From a virus, in the IMG/VR virus record IMGVR_UViG_3300008952_000006, positions 1-64,000 of that record: DNA of 64,000 nt. One strand, 5' to 3'. Position 1 is the stretch's first letter. Each line of letters starts with the position of its first letter. Positions 28,633 through 39,598 of the stretch are shown in pieces. Below the pieces are notes generated by a model. It made no database searches. It was not told where the DNA came from and saw only the letters and a program-made list of their open reading frames with translations. The translations under genes and the position numbers were made by a program.

Positions 28633-29483
28633 TTACCCGCCTCCTCCAACATGGAGTCAAAAGGAAACCCAGCTACATCCCACTTACGTTCGGTAACGTG
28701 GTAGTGCGCTATGTGTCCCTTAAAATCCCCAGGGTTTGTAATTACAGTAGTCGAATCAGGGTGCTCCAGGGGAACACCGAACTCCTCGTATATGAATTTA
28801 CTTAAAGCTACACAAGTATTTATTTGGTCATCATAAAACCCCAAAAAAGTTGTCGGAGCCCTATTATGAACCTGGGCTGTCCAGACCGGTCGTTTACCCC
28901 AACGCTTTTCGTAGTAGTCCTGATATTTTAAATAAACTGCGTTAGTAATCTCGAAGCCTATTGAGCGTTTGTTCACGATATGGTGGCCCGCGTGCCAGCC
29001 GACATGGTCCTTAAAGTCCAAAAACTGAATAAACGTGCCATCGTTGTCGATGCCCCCATGACAGGAGACTCCACGCTTCTTTAGGATCTTGTAGCAAGAC
29101 TCCGAACTCAGAGCAGCGTCCCAGTGCCAAACAACCTGTGTGGGGCTTTTTCTCCTAGAGGAGTGGCTGTGGCCGATTAAAGAAAACGCAGAGTCAGGCG
29201 AGCAAGGAATCGAATGAAAAGGCACGGGCTTTAACACCCCGCCACAACGAATAAACCCCTTGGCATCCGGGTACTTCTTGTGTGCAATGTACTCAGCTTG
29301 TGTCTGCAGTCTTCTCCAGGTGTTCGGCCCACACAGCCCATCAACCGTAAGGTTTTGATCTTTTTGGAACTCACGCACGGCGGCAGTCACTTCAGAAAGC
29401 GGGGCGTCCTCTGACAAGCCCAAGTGCTCTCTCGTCCAGCCTAGTTTGGCCATGCTCTTAGCGTTGTATTCTTCAGCGTTCAT
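28629..29483 (-). CDS. endolysin: peptidoglycan-binding domain plus N-acetylmuramoyl-L-alanine amidase
   Basis: AVREFQ...LTVDGLCGPNTW (PG_binding_1); VVWHW, WHAG, SIGFE, AHYHV...KWD (Amidase_2). Confidence 0.88.
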   Translation of the reverse strand: MNAEEYNAKSMAKLGWTREHLGLSEDAPLSEVTAAVREFQKDQNLTVDGLCGPNTWRRLQTQAEYIAHKKYPDAKGFIRCGGVLKPVPFHSIPCSPDSAFSLIGHSHSSRRKSPTQVVWHWDAALSSESCYKILKKRGVSCHGGIDNDGTFIQFLDFKDHVGWHAGHHIVNKRSIGFEITNAVYLKYQDYYEKRWGKRPVWTAQVHNRAPTTFLGFYDDQINTCVALSKFIYEEFGVPLEHPDSTTVITNPGDFKGHIAHYHVTERKWDVAGFPFDSMLEEAGK

Positions 29484-29499
29484 TGTTTCTCAACTCCTC

Positions 29500-29751
29500 T
29501 CAATCGGGATTCTTGTCTTCCACAAATCTTCCGTGACGAGTCCTACGACAACCCTCACAGCTAAAAGAAGCCCACTGATGCCTCGCGGCAAACGTTAGGC
29601 AGGATTCGTAATTAATGCACTCCATGTGTCTTGGTATCACCAACTCATCGCCCAGCCTAAAGGGCCCAACTTCATTGTTGCCGTCCCTATCAATGGACCG
29701 CTGGTGCCTTATATAGGAAAAGAGCGACCATTGCTCGCTTGCTCGAATCAT
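29500..29751 (-). CDS. small Cys-rich protein
   Basis: CINYESCL...FSCEGC. Confidence 0.55.
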   Translation of the reverse strand: MIRASEQWSLFSYIRHQRSIDRDGNNEVGPFRLGDELVIPRHMECINYESCLTFAARHQWASFSCEGCRRTRHGRFVEDKNPD

Positions 29752-30299
29752 TCTTGAACTCCGTTAGCATGCCCTAGGAGAGTTAAATAGCGAGCTAAGA
29801 AAGCCTTCTCGGCGCTCTTGGGTAGCAGGGGGCAAATTGGGTACCCGTCCTCTATGAATGGGGGCAAGAAAAGAAACTCGTGCTCCAGGGCCTTTTTGTC
29901 GGCAGCGTGTATTACATCGGGGAATGGGTAAACCAGGGAGAACCTTCGCGCGATACACGTTTCAACCAAAACCTCGTAACGCCTATATTCTGGGAGCAGT
30001 TTTTTTAGGGGGCTTACCACATCCCCTAAGTATGCCTCCGCAGAGTCGTGCAATAATGCCGTAAGGGCCAATTGAGCGTCTTTAGTCTCCTCTTCCACAA
30101 TATTTGACACCATTATGCTATGCTCTGCTACTGAATAGTGTTCTTCTATGTGTCCGTTAAACCGGCACTGGAGAGATAGTGAGTGGGCGATATCTTCGAT
30201 AAACACCTCCTCCGGGCGTGGGTTTGTTAGATAAAATAAGCCACCAGTCCATGTGTGAACAAAGGGTCCTCTATCGGTATCTGGTCCTGCTTCTTTCAT
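29748..30299 (-). CDS. HD-domain 5'-deoxynucleotidase (YfbR/YfdR-like)
   Basis: IEDIAHSLS..CRFNGH...YSVAEHS...LLHDSAEAYLGD...PLK. Confidence 0.9.
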   Translation of the reverse strand: MKEAGPDTDRGPFVHTWTGGLFYLTNPRPEEVFIEDIAHSLSLQCRFNGHIEEHYSVAEHSIMVSNIVEEETKDAQLALTALLHDSAEAYLGDVVSPLKKLLPEYRRYEVLVETCIARRFSLVYPFPDVIHAADKKALEHEFLFLPPFIEDGYPICPLLPKSAEKAFLARYLTLLGHANGVQE

Positions 30300-30346
30300 A
30301 TACTGTCTACCTACCATGATATGTGTATAACATATCAAACATTACA

Positions 30347-30374
30347 GCAAACATTAATCTTATTTCAGTATAAG
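30347..30374 (+). promoter_or_regulatory. recurrent phage promoter motif heading a ~10-kb block of small genes
   Basis: GCAAAC-N14-AGTATAAG. Confidence 0.6.
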
Positions 30375-30408
30375 TAAACCGGTAAAACTTAACAAAAGGA
30401 GATTACCT

Positions 30409-31149
30409 ATGGGACTCGATTGGTGCGTCCGAGACAAAATAATACCCGACATGGACGCGGGCTTACAGTTCGCAGATATACAACTTATTAGTGTTAATGA
30501 GAAAATAGACACTTTGTGGAAAACATACCTCAAAGAAAACTACCCAGACCACCCGGGGTATGGGGCGATATTCCCAAACCCGGCGTGGATAGCTTTTGAG
30601 GGGACTGAAGCTTACCTCGAAGAAAAGAAGCGGAAAAAGCACTGGGTTGATGTGCGGTCTAAGTGCGTTGTATCTCCGATGGAGACGCTCGGCGTGCCCC
30701 GTATCGGTATAGATGACGAAGCAACCGAATATGCTAAAGCGCGCTATGAAGAAGCGGTGCCAAATGATCCAGATATGTTGGAATCGTACCCAACAGCAGA
30801 AGACTATCTAGAGGATCACCACGGTACCTACGTGCCTAAGCTAGTAGAGTCCCCTGGGATAGGGTACGTCAGCGGCATGTTCGTTGGAGCAGAAAGCTTC
30901 CGAGGTAAATGTATCGCTTATATACCCTGGTTGGAAGACCACGGCTTTGATGAGGACTGCTATGCGGATCGTGAACCAGAAGACCTCGAGGTTCTCGGGG
31001 TCAGCCTAGACAAGGCAGCAGACCATTATGAAGCGAACTGTAAAAACATAACCGATGATGACAAACAAGAACTAAAGCTTGTGCGCGCTGCGGCGGACTG
31101 GTGCAGGTTTTGGGCTGAGAAGGGCCACGGCATGAATGCGTGGTATTAG
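30409..31149 (+). CDS. phage hypothetical protein (MGLD N-terminus)
   Basis: MGLDW start; C-terminal WY. Confidence 0.65.
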   Translation: MGLDWCVRDKIIPDMDAGLQFADIQLISVNEKIDTLWKTYLKENYPDHPGYGAIFPNPAWIAFEGTEAYLEEKKRKKHWVDVRSKCVVSPMETLGVPRIGIDDEATEYAKARYEEAVPNDPDMLESYPTAEDYLEDHHGTYVPKLVESPGIGYVSGMFVGAESFRGKCIAYIPWLEDHGFDEDCYADREPEDLEVLGVSLDKAADHYEANCKNITDDDKQELKLVRAAADWCRFWAEKGHGMNAWY

Positions 31150-31157
31150 GAGAAGTG

Positions 31158-31472
31158 ATGGTATCCTCTAATAACGAAACAGGCCCTACGGAAAAGGGGC
31201 AGCTGTTTAATGTTGGTACAATTGTAACAACACAGAACTTCCAAGATAAAGTGAAGCTCCCATCTGTGGAAGTAATGAAGGCTGTCAGCCAGCATGCCAC
31301 AGGTAACTGGGGCCTAGTGGACGAAGAAGACTGGGCAACCAATGACTTCGCCTCTAGAAACGGTGGACGCGTAATGTCCGTGTACAAGTCGATATTTAAC
31401 GACACAACCTACTGGGTTATTACCGAGGCAGACCGCTCGGTGACGACGCTTTTATTACCAGAAGATTACTAG
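31158..31472 (+). CDS. conserved phage/plasmid hypothetical protein
   Basis: H..G.WG....ED...N...SVY...WVITEADRSVTTLLLPEDY signature. Confidence 0.75.
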   Translation: MVSSNNETGPTEKGQLFNVGTIVTTQNFQDKVKLPSVEVMKAVSQHATGNWGLVDEEDWATNDFASRNGGRVMSVYKSIFNDTTYWVITEADRSVTTLLLPEDY

Positions 31473-31479
31473 TAATAAG

Positions 31480-32973
31480 ATGTCTAAAAGCACATACAAG
31501 GGCGACAACCCTGGTAAGAAAGTGGCTCGGGCACGTGTTTGGTTGAGTGCTTCAACGCTCATGACCGCAATGCAGATCCCGTACATGGGGGCATACGTCT
31601 TAGCCGGTAACGGTGGGGACGTAGCCACATTAAAAGCGCTGGGGTTCACCCCCGGCACAATCACAGCTGTGGATACAGACAAGGAGAAAGTAGAGCTTTG
31701 CCAGCAATTATATCCTGGAATCCAGTCAGTAGTAGGGGAAGCTGGTGCGGTATCTTCGCGGGCTATGTACAACTCAGCCCACTTAGATTTCTGTAACGGC
31801 CTGACTCTAGAGAACATAGAGACGGCGGCGCGGGTGGCCAAAAATGCCGCAGTCATGCCATCCGTAATAAGTGTGACCATGATGAAGGGACGAGAGGCCC
31901 CAGCTAAGTACAATAGAGACCTGTGCCCTGCATTAAACAGGTCGCAAAGAAGAGCGTGGTTAGCTGATATAAAAAAGGGACGCGATGAGCATGGTTCCGG
32001 AGGATTGGTAGGCGCGCAGCTGCTGAAACGTGGTTCATTTGACCCATTGCTTTGCATCCAACGGGCCAAAAACCAGCTTAAAAGCATCTGGCCAAGTGAG
32101 GGTTCTCATGGGTTCAACTATGATAAGTCAAGGCATAAAAGCCGTGACTTTACCATCGTCAGAAACGGGAAGCTCACACCGCTTGGAAACGGGACTGCTC
32201 GGGTTGCGGCGCTCAGGGGCTGCCTCGAGAAACTGCTTATCCCTCACGGGATATACATAACCCTAGGCAGTGTGTTTTCGTACCACTCAAAGTGTGAGAA
32301 GAGTGGGGGGACTCCATTTGTCGCGGCTAATTTGATCGTCTGTACGGGTGACCAACACGCAGCGATTCAGCAGCTACTCTATAAGCTTGCAGGTGACTTG
32401 TTCTGTTTTGAGAACATTCCTGGTGGCGAGAGTAAAACAGCCCTCAGAGAGTACGCTCTTGCGGCCTGTAAAGGCCTAACAAGTGCGCAGGTTGGTCAGC
32501 TTTTCGATATCCCAGAAGGCAAGGTGCGCGCTTGGCGAGCACACGACACTATGGGAACCTACGCCGATGACAAGGCGGCAGCGAGTTACCGCGCTGGCAG
32601 GGATGGAGAGTCTGGCGCAAAGCGTAGCAGAATAGAATTCGCTTCAAACGAAGATTTAGATGGACGAGGCGCATACATCCAAGCTGGTTGGGGTCGCATG
32701 GCCTACAGCCCTAGCGCGGAGGTGCGGAGCCAGTTTAATGAAAACGCGTTTGATGAATTCAAAAATGCAGACCCGGAGCGCGACAACCATCGTCGGGAGA
32801 CAATTATAGGAGAATCTGAAAGGCACCTGAATAGAGTGATGGACGGAACGAACCAGGACTACGTCCGCGAGTTCACCAGTAGATTGATATCGCAGTCCGT
32901 ACCTACAGAAAAATGTATAACCAATGTCCAAAGACGCAAGAGTGAGAAGAAAGATGGGAAAGGGAACACGTAA
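31480..32973 (+). CDS. SAM-methyltransferase-like domain fused to an HTH
   Basis: VLAGNGGD..., TAVDTD, AHLDFC (Rossmann MTase-like); LTSAQVGQLFDIPEGKVRAW (HTH). Confidence 0.5.
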   Translation: MSKSTYKGDNPGKKVARARVWLSASTLMTAMQIPYMGAYVLAGNGGDVATLKALGFTPGTITAVDTDKEKVELCQQLYPGIQSVVGEAGAVSSRAMYNSAHLDFCNGLTLENIETAARVAKNAAVMPSVISVTMMKGREAPAKYNRDLCPALNRSQRRAWLADIKKGRDEHGSGGLVGAQLLKRGSFDPLLCIQRAKNQLKSIWPSEGSHGFNYDKSRHKSRDFTIVRNGKLTPLGNGTARVAALRGCLEKLLIPHGIYITLGSVFSYHSKCEKSGGTPFVAANLIVCTGDQHAAIQQLLYKLAGDLFCFENIPGGESKTALREYALAACKGLTSAQVGQLFDIPEGKVRAWRAHDTMGTYADDKAAASYRAGRDGESGAKRSRIEFASNEDLDGRGAYIQAGWGRMAYSPSAEVRSQFNENAFDEFKNADPERDNHRRETIIGESERHLNRVMDGTNQDYVREFTSRLISQSVPTEKCITNVQRRKSEKKDGKGNT

Positions 32974-33961
32974 CCATAGAAAGCTCAAAAGGGGGCTCAA
33001 AAGGGGGCGCAAGAAAAGGAAAGGACAAAAAGGTGTAACGGGGGAGATCATCCCCGACCCGATCAAACAAATGTTAGGTGGGGGGCCTAACGATCACCGC
33101 CTAATCGGACGCAATGTTGTTGATGTTTACTGTGACGGTGAAGAAGAGAACCCCGTCGAGCAAATTGTTGATGGTTTGGCGACCAGTGTGGAAAAAGATC
33201 GTAGAGAGTCCTTTAGGTCTTTCGCGGAGCCTTTTGTAACAATGGGCCAGGGAGGACTTCCAAGGATAACCCCCGTTATCTTTGAAAGTTCTGACATAGA
33301 GTCGCCCTGGACTAGGAAAGGTAGTGCCGCGTGGACTACCCCTAAAACCGTTACCGAACTAAAATTTGGTGAGATGACTAAAAATCAACAAGTCCTGTAC
33401 AATGCTATTTGCGCTGCAAGTGGTAGGCCACCGGCAGATGTTATTACAAGGAGTAACTTTGGTTGGGACCTCTGCTATCTTAGCGGTAGCGTCAAACTAG
33501 ACCGCCAAGCGGCGGACCCACGCTATCTCCAGTTGGAGAACTGCGATAGATATGCAAAAGTCGTACTTAGCGAAGAAGCACAACAGCTTTGGGAGCTTTT
33601 ACATGAAGGCGGTCACACGTGGGCCCAGTCAAGAACCATAGTTGAGTGGTGCGCGGCGTTTAACGTCCTGTTCAAACAGGCCCTTGAAAGTAGTGTTCGA
33701 GATGCGCAACAGTGGAGCAACCCTATTCCTTGGGGGCGTCTGATAGAGAGTTTAACGCTCAGGCATGTAGCCTACTTAACAAAGGAGTACTTTAAGCCCT
33801 GTTCGTGCTGTGTGGGTGACCCCTGCATAAACGTACACGACTTTGGTTCGGCGGGGACGATGGTATCGTTTTCGTTCATAGACAAGCCCCTAGACCTAAA
33901 AAGCATAGCAAGAGACCTGATAGTGTTAGAAGACGGACATTACGTTGGTGAAGACCCTTAG
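32924..33961 (+). CDS. hypothetical protein with very basic N-terminus
   Basis: 345-aa ORF. Confidence 0.6.
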   Translation: MSKDARVRRKMGKGTRNHRKLKRGLKRGRKKRKGQKGVTGEIIPDPIKQMLGGGPNDHRLIGRNVVDVYCDGEEENPVEQIVDGLATSVEKDRRESFRSFAEPFVTMGQGGLPRITPVIFESSDIESPWTRKGSAAWTTPKTVTELKFGEMTKNQQVLYNAICAASGRPPADVITRSNFGWDLCYLSGSVKLDRQAADPRYLQLENCDRYAKVVLSEEAQQLWELLHEGGHTWAQSRTIVEWCAAFNVLFKQALESSVRDAQQWSNPIPWGRLIESLTLRHVAYLTKEYFKPCSCCVGDPCINVHDFGSAGTMVSFSFIDKPLDLKSIARDLIVLEDGHYVGEDP

Positions 33962-34348
33962 ATTGATAAAGGCCCCGTAGGCGGCCCAAGGCCTACATAA
34001 ACAAAAAGACAGGAGTAGTTGTGACTGAGTTAATTATCGCAAGTTCAACCAAAACAGGTAAAACGAACATGCTTATTGATAGGGCAAACAGGGAATGCGC
34101 GGACGGGAGGAGAGTTATTTTCTACGTCCAAGAGTATGACGAACCGGCCCTCAGGAAAAGAGGTCTGGGTAAGGGAACAGAGGTTATTGTGGAACCCTTT
34201 GATGGGGTAAGCCTAGAACGAATCCATATAGACTTTGGGGATGACAATGAGATGACAGTTATGGCTGTGCGGACAACCAGCAGCCAAGCATTTCAACAGC
34301 TATGTGGCCGTAGCGACCCAGAGTAAAATAAACCAAAATTCACAATAG

Positions 34349-34389
34349 AACGCACGCTCTCACAAATGGGGGCGTGCGTTTTTATTTTT
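34349..34389 (+). terminator. intrinsic terminator
   Basis: AACGCACGCTCTC/GGGGGCGTGCGTT hairpin plus T tract. Confidence 0.75.
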
Positions 34390-34401
34390 ATAGGAGAAAG
34401 A

Positions 34402-34653
34402 ATGAGCACACCATGCCTCGAGAAAGTACTCGCGCTAAGCACAGCGCACATGCCAAACAAGTACTCGGACTTCGGAGATCTCCGCGCCATACCATTTGAA
34501 TACGGTATTGTGGTGTGGGTTTCAGAGCCTGGAGACGGTGTCCCAGAGTGGCTAACGCCAGCCATGAGTCTGGCATACAAATCAGAATGCACGCTGGTCT
34601 TGTTTGATCGAGACTGTAACGAAGACCCAGACCTACCAACGTGGGACTGGTAG
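34402..34653 (+). CDS. DUF5983-like protein
   Basis: LSTAHM...YG..VWV...P..L...A....C..V.FDRD. Confidence 0.65.
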   Translation: MSTPCLEKVLALSTAHMPNKYSDFGDLRAIPFEYGIVVWVSEPGDGVPEWLTPAMSLAYKSECTLVLFDRDCNEDPDLPTWDW

Positions 34654-34831
34654 GAGAACTACAAAATGGAAGACGAATACGTTTACGTAAAAGTGAAGTT
34701 GTACCTAAAACCAGGGCAAACAGAAGATTCAATACAAGAAATTGTACAAGAAGTAGACTATTCGTTTAACCACGAACAAGTAATAGAAACAGAGATAGTA
34801 GACATCTACGATGCCCAAACAGGAGGAAGAA

Positions 34832-35230
34832 GTGAAGCTGACAAATTACCAATTGGGAATTCTCCTTAACTGCCCGTACGAGAACCCGGGCCACATCGAT
34901 TTCAGGGGGCTGCCAAGCCACAAAAGGCAACAGTTTTTACAGCTCAGAGATGCTGGGCTGGTGGAAACTGACCCAGGGGATACGCGGGCGTACCGCAGAA
35001 CATTAGCAGGTGATGTTATGGCCAAGAATAATAACCACGTAATGGACGTAGCTGATCTAGCAAAAGAGCTAGGGATAAGCAAGAGCACAGTCTACGGATG
35101 GATACGTAAATCGAAAGTGCAAATTAGAACCCGAACTAACTACCGATGGGGCACCTATCTTGTGTACCTCGATACACTCCCCGAAAAATACAGGCGAATG
35201 TTGGCGGGGGAAGGAGACAAAAATGGCTAA
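34832..35230 (+). CDS. HTH DNA-binding protein
   Basis: MDVADLAKELGISKSTVYGWIRK. Confidence 0.75.
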   Translation: MKLTNYQLGILLNCPYENPGHIDFRGLPSHKRQQFLQLRDAGLVETDPGDTRAYRRTLAGDVMAKNNNHVMDVADLAKELGISKSTVYGWIRKSKVQIRTRTNYRWGTYLVYLDTLPEKYRRMLAGEGDKNG

Positions 35231-38200
35231 AGAGCTTTACCGCGCCCTGAAGAACTTGGTCGCTACGGCCAGGACCTTCCGTGATGTTCCAAAAGAAGAG
35301 CAGCAGTGGACGCAAACAGATGATGACGCGCTGGGCGAAGCGTTCAGTGCTCTTGATGAGTACGAAAGCGCACCTAAAGAACCATGGCTGAACAACGAGC
35401 TTCAGTTCGCAAGACTCCTCTGTGAGATCGTTGCGAATGAGGAATTACCAAACTGGTCCGAAACCCGTAACTCTATGGACCTAACGGACAAAGAATTACA
35501 GGGGCTGTATGACCGCGCACACGTTGTGTGGGAAGCAGCAAAGGTAGAGGCCAAAGATGGCAGCTAAATATAACCATATGATGGACATGGCGTTCAGTAT
35601 CGAAACCGACGCTGATGAAGAGTCCATCTTTAATAAAGAAAATATGCCCGCACTGCTTGCAAGAGCTAGGGCGAGGCTTGATGACATAGAACGTGAGGGT
35701 TGCACAGAGGCCTTCGGGCTCTGCGACACCTATGAGGTGGATAATGTTTGAAGACACCGTAATACCAAAAAGGTGCCCGGTCTGCGCTAGCGATAATATC
35801 GAAAGCGAGGGGCTGGGCAATGACGAAGAGCCTCCCATGACGGAGGCGTATGAACGTTGCTCATGCGCGGAATGCAAGAGCCAGTGGATAAACCGAGCGG
35901 AACTCCGCTGGTACCAGTCAGAAGTAACACACGAAAGGATGAGTATATGACAGAGAAGGAATACCAATACGAGTGCTTCGGGGAAACCCTGGAGTTCGCG
36001 GAGTCTCTTGGATGGGTAGACAACCACCCGGACGGGACAAGCAAAGACTACGACGCAAACATGGTTGGTGACGCTATAGAGCAGGAAGCCATCGAGTTTA
36101 TAGAGGGCAAGGGCTACAAAGTGGTGGGGTATGATGATGACTAAGTCACCAAACGACCAAGACCCGCCTGACTATGTAGCAGGGGATACCCCCCTGGCTG
36201 CGCTGTACGACAAAATCTACGAGAAGTACCCCTATCTAGAGGACTTCGAAGAGACATTGCACAACGAAGTAACCGCTTCAGGTGAGCCCATTGAGGGCAT
36301 CCATAGAATGCTTGAATACGTCATCCACGAGGCTTACGCTGTGGGACTAGACGATGCTAAGTCAGATATGGGTGAGTACATAGATGTCCTAGAGCAAGAA
36401 GCTCTTGGCGCTGTTCGAATGGTCTTAGATGCCGCTACGGAAGAAGGTCACGAACTCAGTGACAGTGAAGTCTGTGACGCCATCGACTGGGACTTACTTA
36501 GAAAGATAGATAAAAAATTCGGGAGAAGAGATGCTAAATGATGACGAAATCCAAGAACACCTAATGCTGTTAAGGGTTGCGTTCGACCCAGAGTCACCCT
36601 TCAAGGGGATGATTAATATGAAGGGCGAGGGTGGCTTACTGTCGCTTCCGCTGCCCGAGCAACACCAAGTAAAAAACGCCATGAGCCCAGAGTTGGTAGA
36701 AATGGTTTTTGGGAGCAAGCGTGGGTGACGACAGACGAGAAGCGACCAAAGCCAAACGGGCGAAAGCGTTTAAGTCAGAACAGCGTGAGTGTGTATCCCG
36801 CCTGCAGACAATGATAACAGCCGTCCTGGCTGGAAGTATGTACGAAATAAACCATGCCTATTTCTTAGTAGGCGCGTCACTTAAATACTTAGAAGCAAAC
36901 GATCCTGGAAGAGAGAAATAAAATTGGAAGAAAGAATGAAAGTTAAGCCAGTAGGCGTTGTGGGCTACCATCAATGGGATGAAGCCTCGTATGACGACGA
37001 GGGCAACGTTGTGTTGCCGCAAGGAACAATTGAATGGTACGTATGGTCTCCTCAATGGGACGAGGACGAGGAAGTCTGGGTGAGGGTCTTCGACAACACC
37101 TTGGCAGGCCCCTTTGAAACCGAAGAGGAAGCAAACCAAGCATTAAATAAAATATCGTCACCACTGAGACTAGTGCCCAGGGAGGAGTAAGAGATGCCAG
37201 CAGAGACAGTAATTAGTGATAATACCAGCCACTGGACCGACTACGGGGTCGGACGGTTGCAGGGGAAACGTGTAATAGAAGTTAGATACTTAACCAGCGA
37301 AGAAGCGAGAGCGATGGATTGGTATAGTCGGTGCTTGGTCATCATCTTTGACGATGGTTCCTACATTTTCCCGTCAAGGGATGACGAGGGAAATGACGCT
37401 GGTGCCCTGTTTGGGACATCAGCAGAAGGTGAGGAATGGACCTTTCCAGTCCTTCGAGTTGCCTAGACCCAGCAACAATAGTCAAATGTTCTTTTTGTGA
37501 GGGCATCTTCAAATATGGGGATGCCCCACATGACATTAAGGGCCCATTGTGCGTAAGCTGCAACCGTGGTGGTGCACTGGTCGAATTAGACGATTCAGAC
37601 TGGCCTATTACTTGTAATAACTGTGGTGCGGGAACAACGGAAGCCAAAATGAAAAAAGCCCACGGACGGGAAAACTTTGAGGCTATGGGGGATATTTGTC
37701 CCCTCTGTAGCTTTGATGGCGGCCTGATGTGGGACTTCGCGTAGGAGCGTTAAAATGAGAAAAAACATAAGGGATTACGGACTGCCTAATAGTGAAGTTC
37801 TTTCGGTGCCGGTCACCAAAGAGCTGCCAGAACACCTTAAAAAGGAGCCTTGCCCCAACTGCGGGTGTCAAAGCCTCGCAATGCTTGAGGTAGACGTTAA
37901 GCAAGACCTTGTAAGGGGTGGGGTTGGCAAAGGTGTCTATATTGGATGCCCCGCCTGTCCGTGGGCAAGCCCCTTATCAATACGACAAACAGTAAAAGGA
38001 GATGAAGATGGGTGACCGTTGCTACATGGATATAACAATCCACCCAAGCGATTATCAATTAGCTAAAGACATCCTTGAGGATCAAATCTACGGGGACTGG
38101 CCTGCGCAAATCAGTGGTCTGCTGGATGGGACAGAGCCGCGTCACCGAGACGAGCTTTGGCTCCAGGATGGGGCCGTGTTCGTGTCTATATCCGAAGCTA

Positions 38201-38767
38201 ACTATGCTCTCGCAGACGCTATGGAAAACATGGCTAATGCCGGTGTGAGATTCATTGCCTACAACACCCCTGGTGGGGAATACGGTAGCGGAATTCAGTT
38301 CGGGACAGGGGACCCAAAGCGTTTCTACGGAGACGTTTCATGTGACCACGAGAGATACCCAGTCGCCCCTATAAACGAACACGGGAGCGTGCAGGCCCAG
38401 TGGCGAGACCGCTATAGAGAACTAATGAGAAACCTAACAAGACTCGAGAAAGAGTTTGAAAGATTGAAAGAGGAGACTGTTAACAATGCATGACTACACA
38501 GGAAATTGTATGCGCTGCGGCGAGGAGTCGGGAGCGCATATAATGTCCATGTATAGCAAAGCTATAATTTGTTTAGACTGTAAAGATATAGAGACAGAAA
38601 GGCCAGACTACCAAGCGGCTGTAAAGGCTGATGAGGACGCCATCAGGCGAGGTGACTTTAACTTCGAAGGACTTGGCGAGCCAGTGGTGGTCCCTTTCCC
38701 GGGAAACCCTACGCTTGAGCTAGAGGACCTTCCAGTGTCCATAATAAAAAAGAAAGGTAATTCATAA
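35223..38767 (+). other. run of ~13 tightly packed small acidic/Zn-ribbon hypothetical genes
   Basis: Overlapping start/stop junctions, GGAG RBSs, several CxxC pairs. Confidence 0.6.
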
Positions 38768-39115
38768 CCTCGGTACAAAATGCTGCGGTGAGATCATGCT
38801 CGCGCAAAAGCATCCTCCAGGCATGCTCGTCTAACCTGACATCTTCATGTTTGGCGTGCATGACCTGGACGGTGGCGACTTCTTCGTCATCGTGGAAAAC
38901 AGATGCCTGAGCCCTAGCTTTTTCGTACTCGCTGTTCCCGCTAGTAACACAGCACTGTACCTCCCAGCTAGCCTTATCTATCGAGAAGTTCATGTGGAAA
39001 ATCATAGAACTCTTATTCATTCTAAAGTCTCCATACCAGTAATAATTTTACCTTGGCGGCATAGATGGACGAAGAGATGCGAAGTAAAAATAAACAAAAC
39101 AACAAGGAGAACGGG

Positions 39116-39598
39116 ATGGGACAATATTATTTGATTGTGAACATCGACAAAAAGCAAAAGCTAAACCCCCACAAATTTGGTGCGGGTATGAAATTAATGG
39201 AATTTGGAAACCAGGGAGAAAGCATCATGACCGGACTAGCTGTTCTGCTTGCAGACGGCAATGGACGAGGTGGTGGGGATCTTCGAAGCAGCGACCCAGT
39301 TATCGGCTCATGGGCTGGAGACAGGATCGTCGTAACCGGTGATTATGCAGATAAAGGAAAATTTGTAGACGTTTATGATCTGGCCGCCGTAGAGCAGTTA
39401 AACCTGTTCGAGCATGCAAGTGATAACTTTGAAGATATTTCTGACAAAGTCATCACTGCCATCGCTGATGGTGAGGGCGGGTTTCATTCTCTATCCAAAC
39501 TAGACCTGTCCCAAGAAGGGTGGAGGCGGACGCATAGAGATGTAATCAACGCGGCTCTCAAGCAAGACCTAGAGTCGTCCAAAACAGGAGAACCGTAG
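39116..39598 (+). CDS. conserved hypothetical protein
   Basis: MGQYY..VN.DK...KLME...GSWAGDRI...GDY signature. Confidence 0.7.
   Translation: MGQYYLIVNIDKKQKLNPHKFGAGMKLMEFGNQGESIMTGLAVLLADGNGRGGGDLRSSDPVIGSWAGDRIVVTGDYADKGKFVDVYDLAAVEQLNLFEHASDNFEDISDKVITAIADGEGGFHSLSKLDLSQEGWRRTHRDVINAALKQDLESSKTGEP

Noticed and set aside
29454-29483. Endolysin N-terminus MNAEEYNAK as a member of the MNALEKYAAKK family
   Set aside because: Only a partial match with shifted spacing; may be chance
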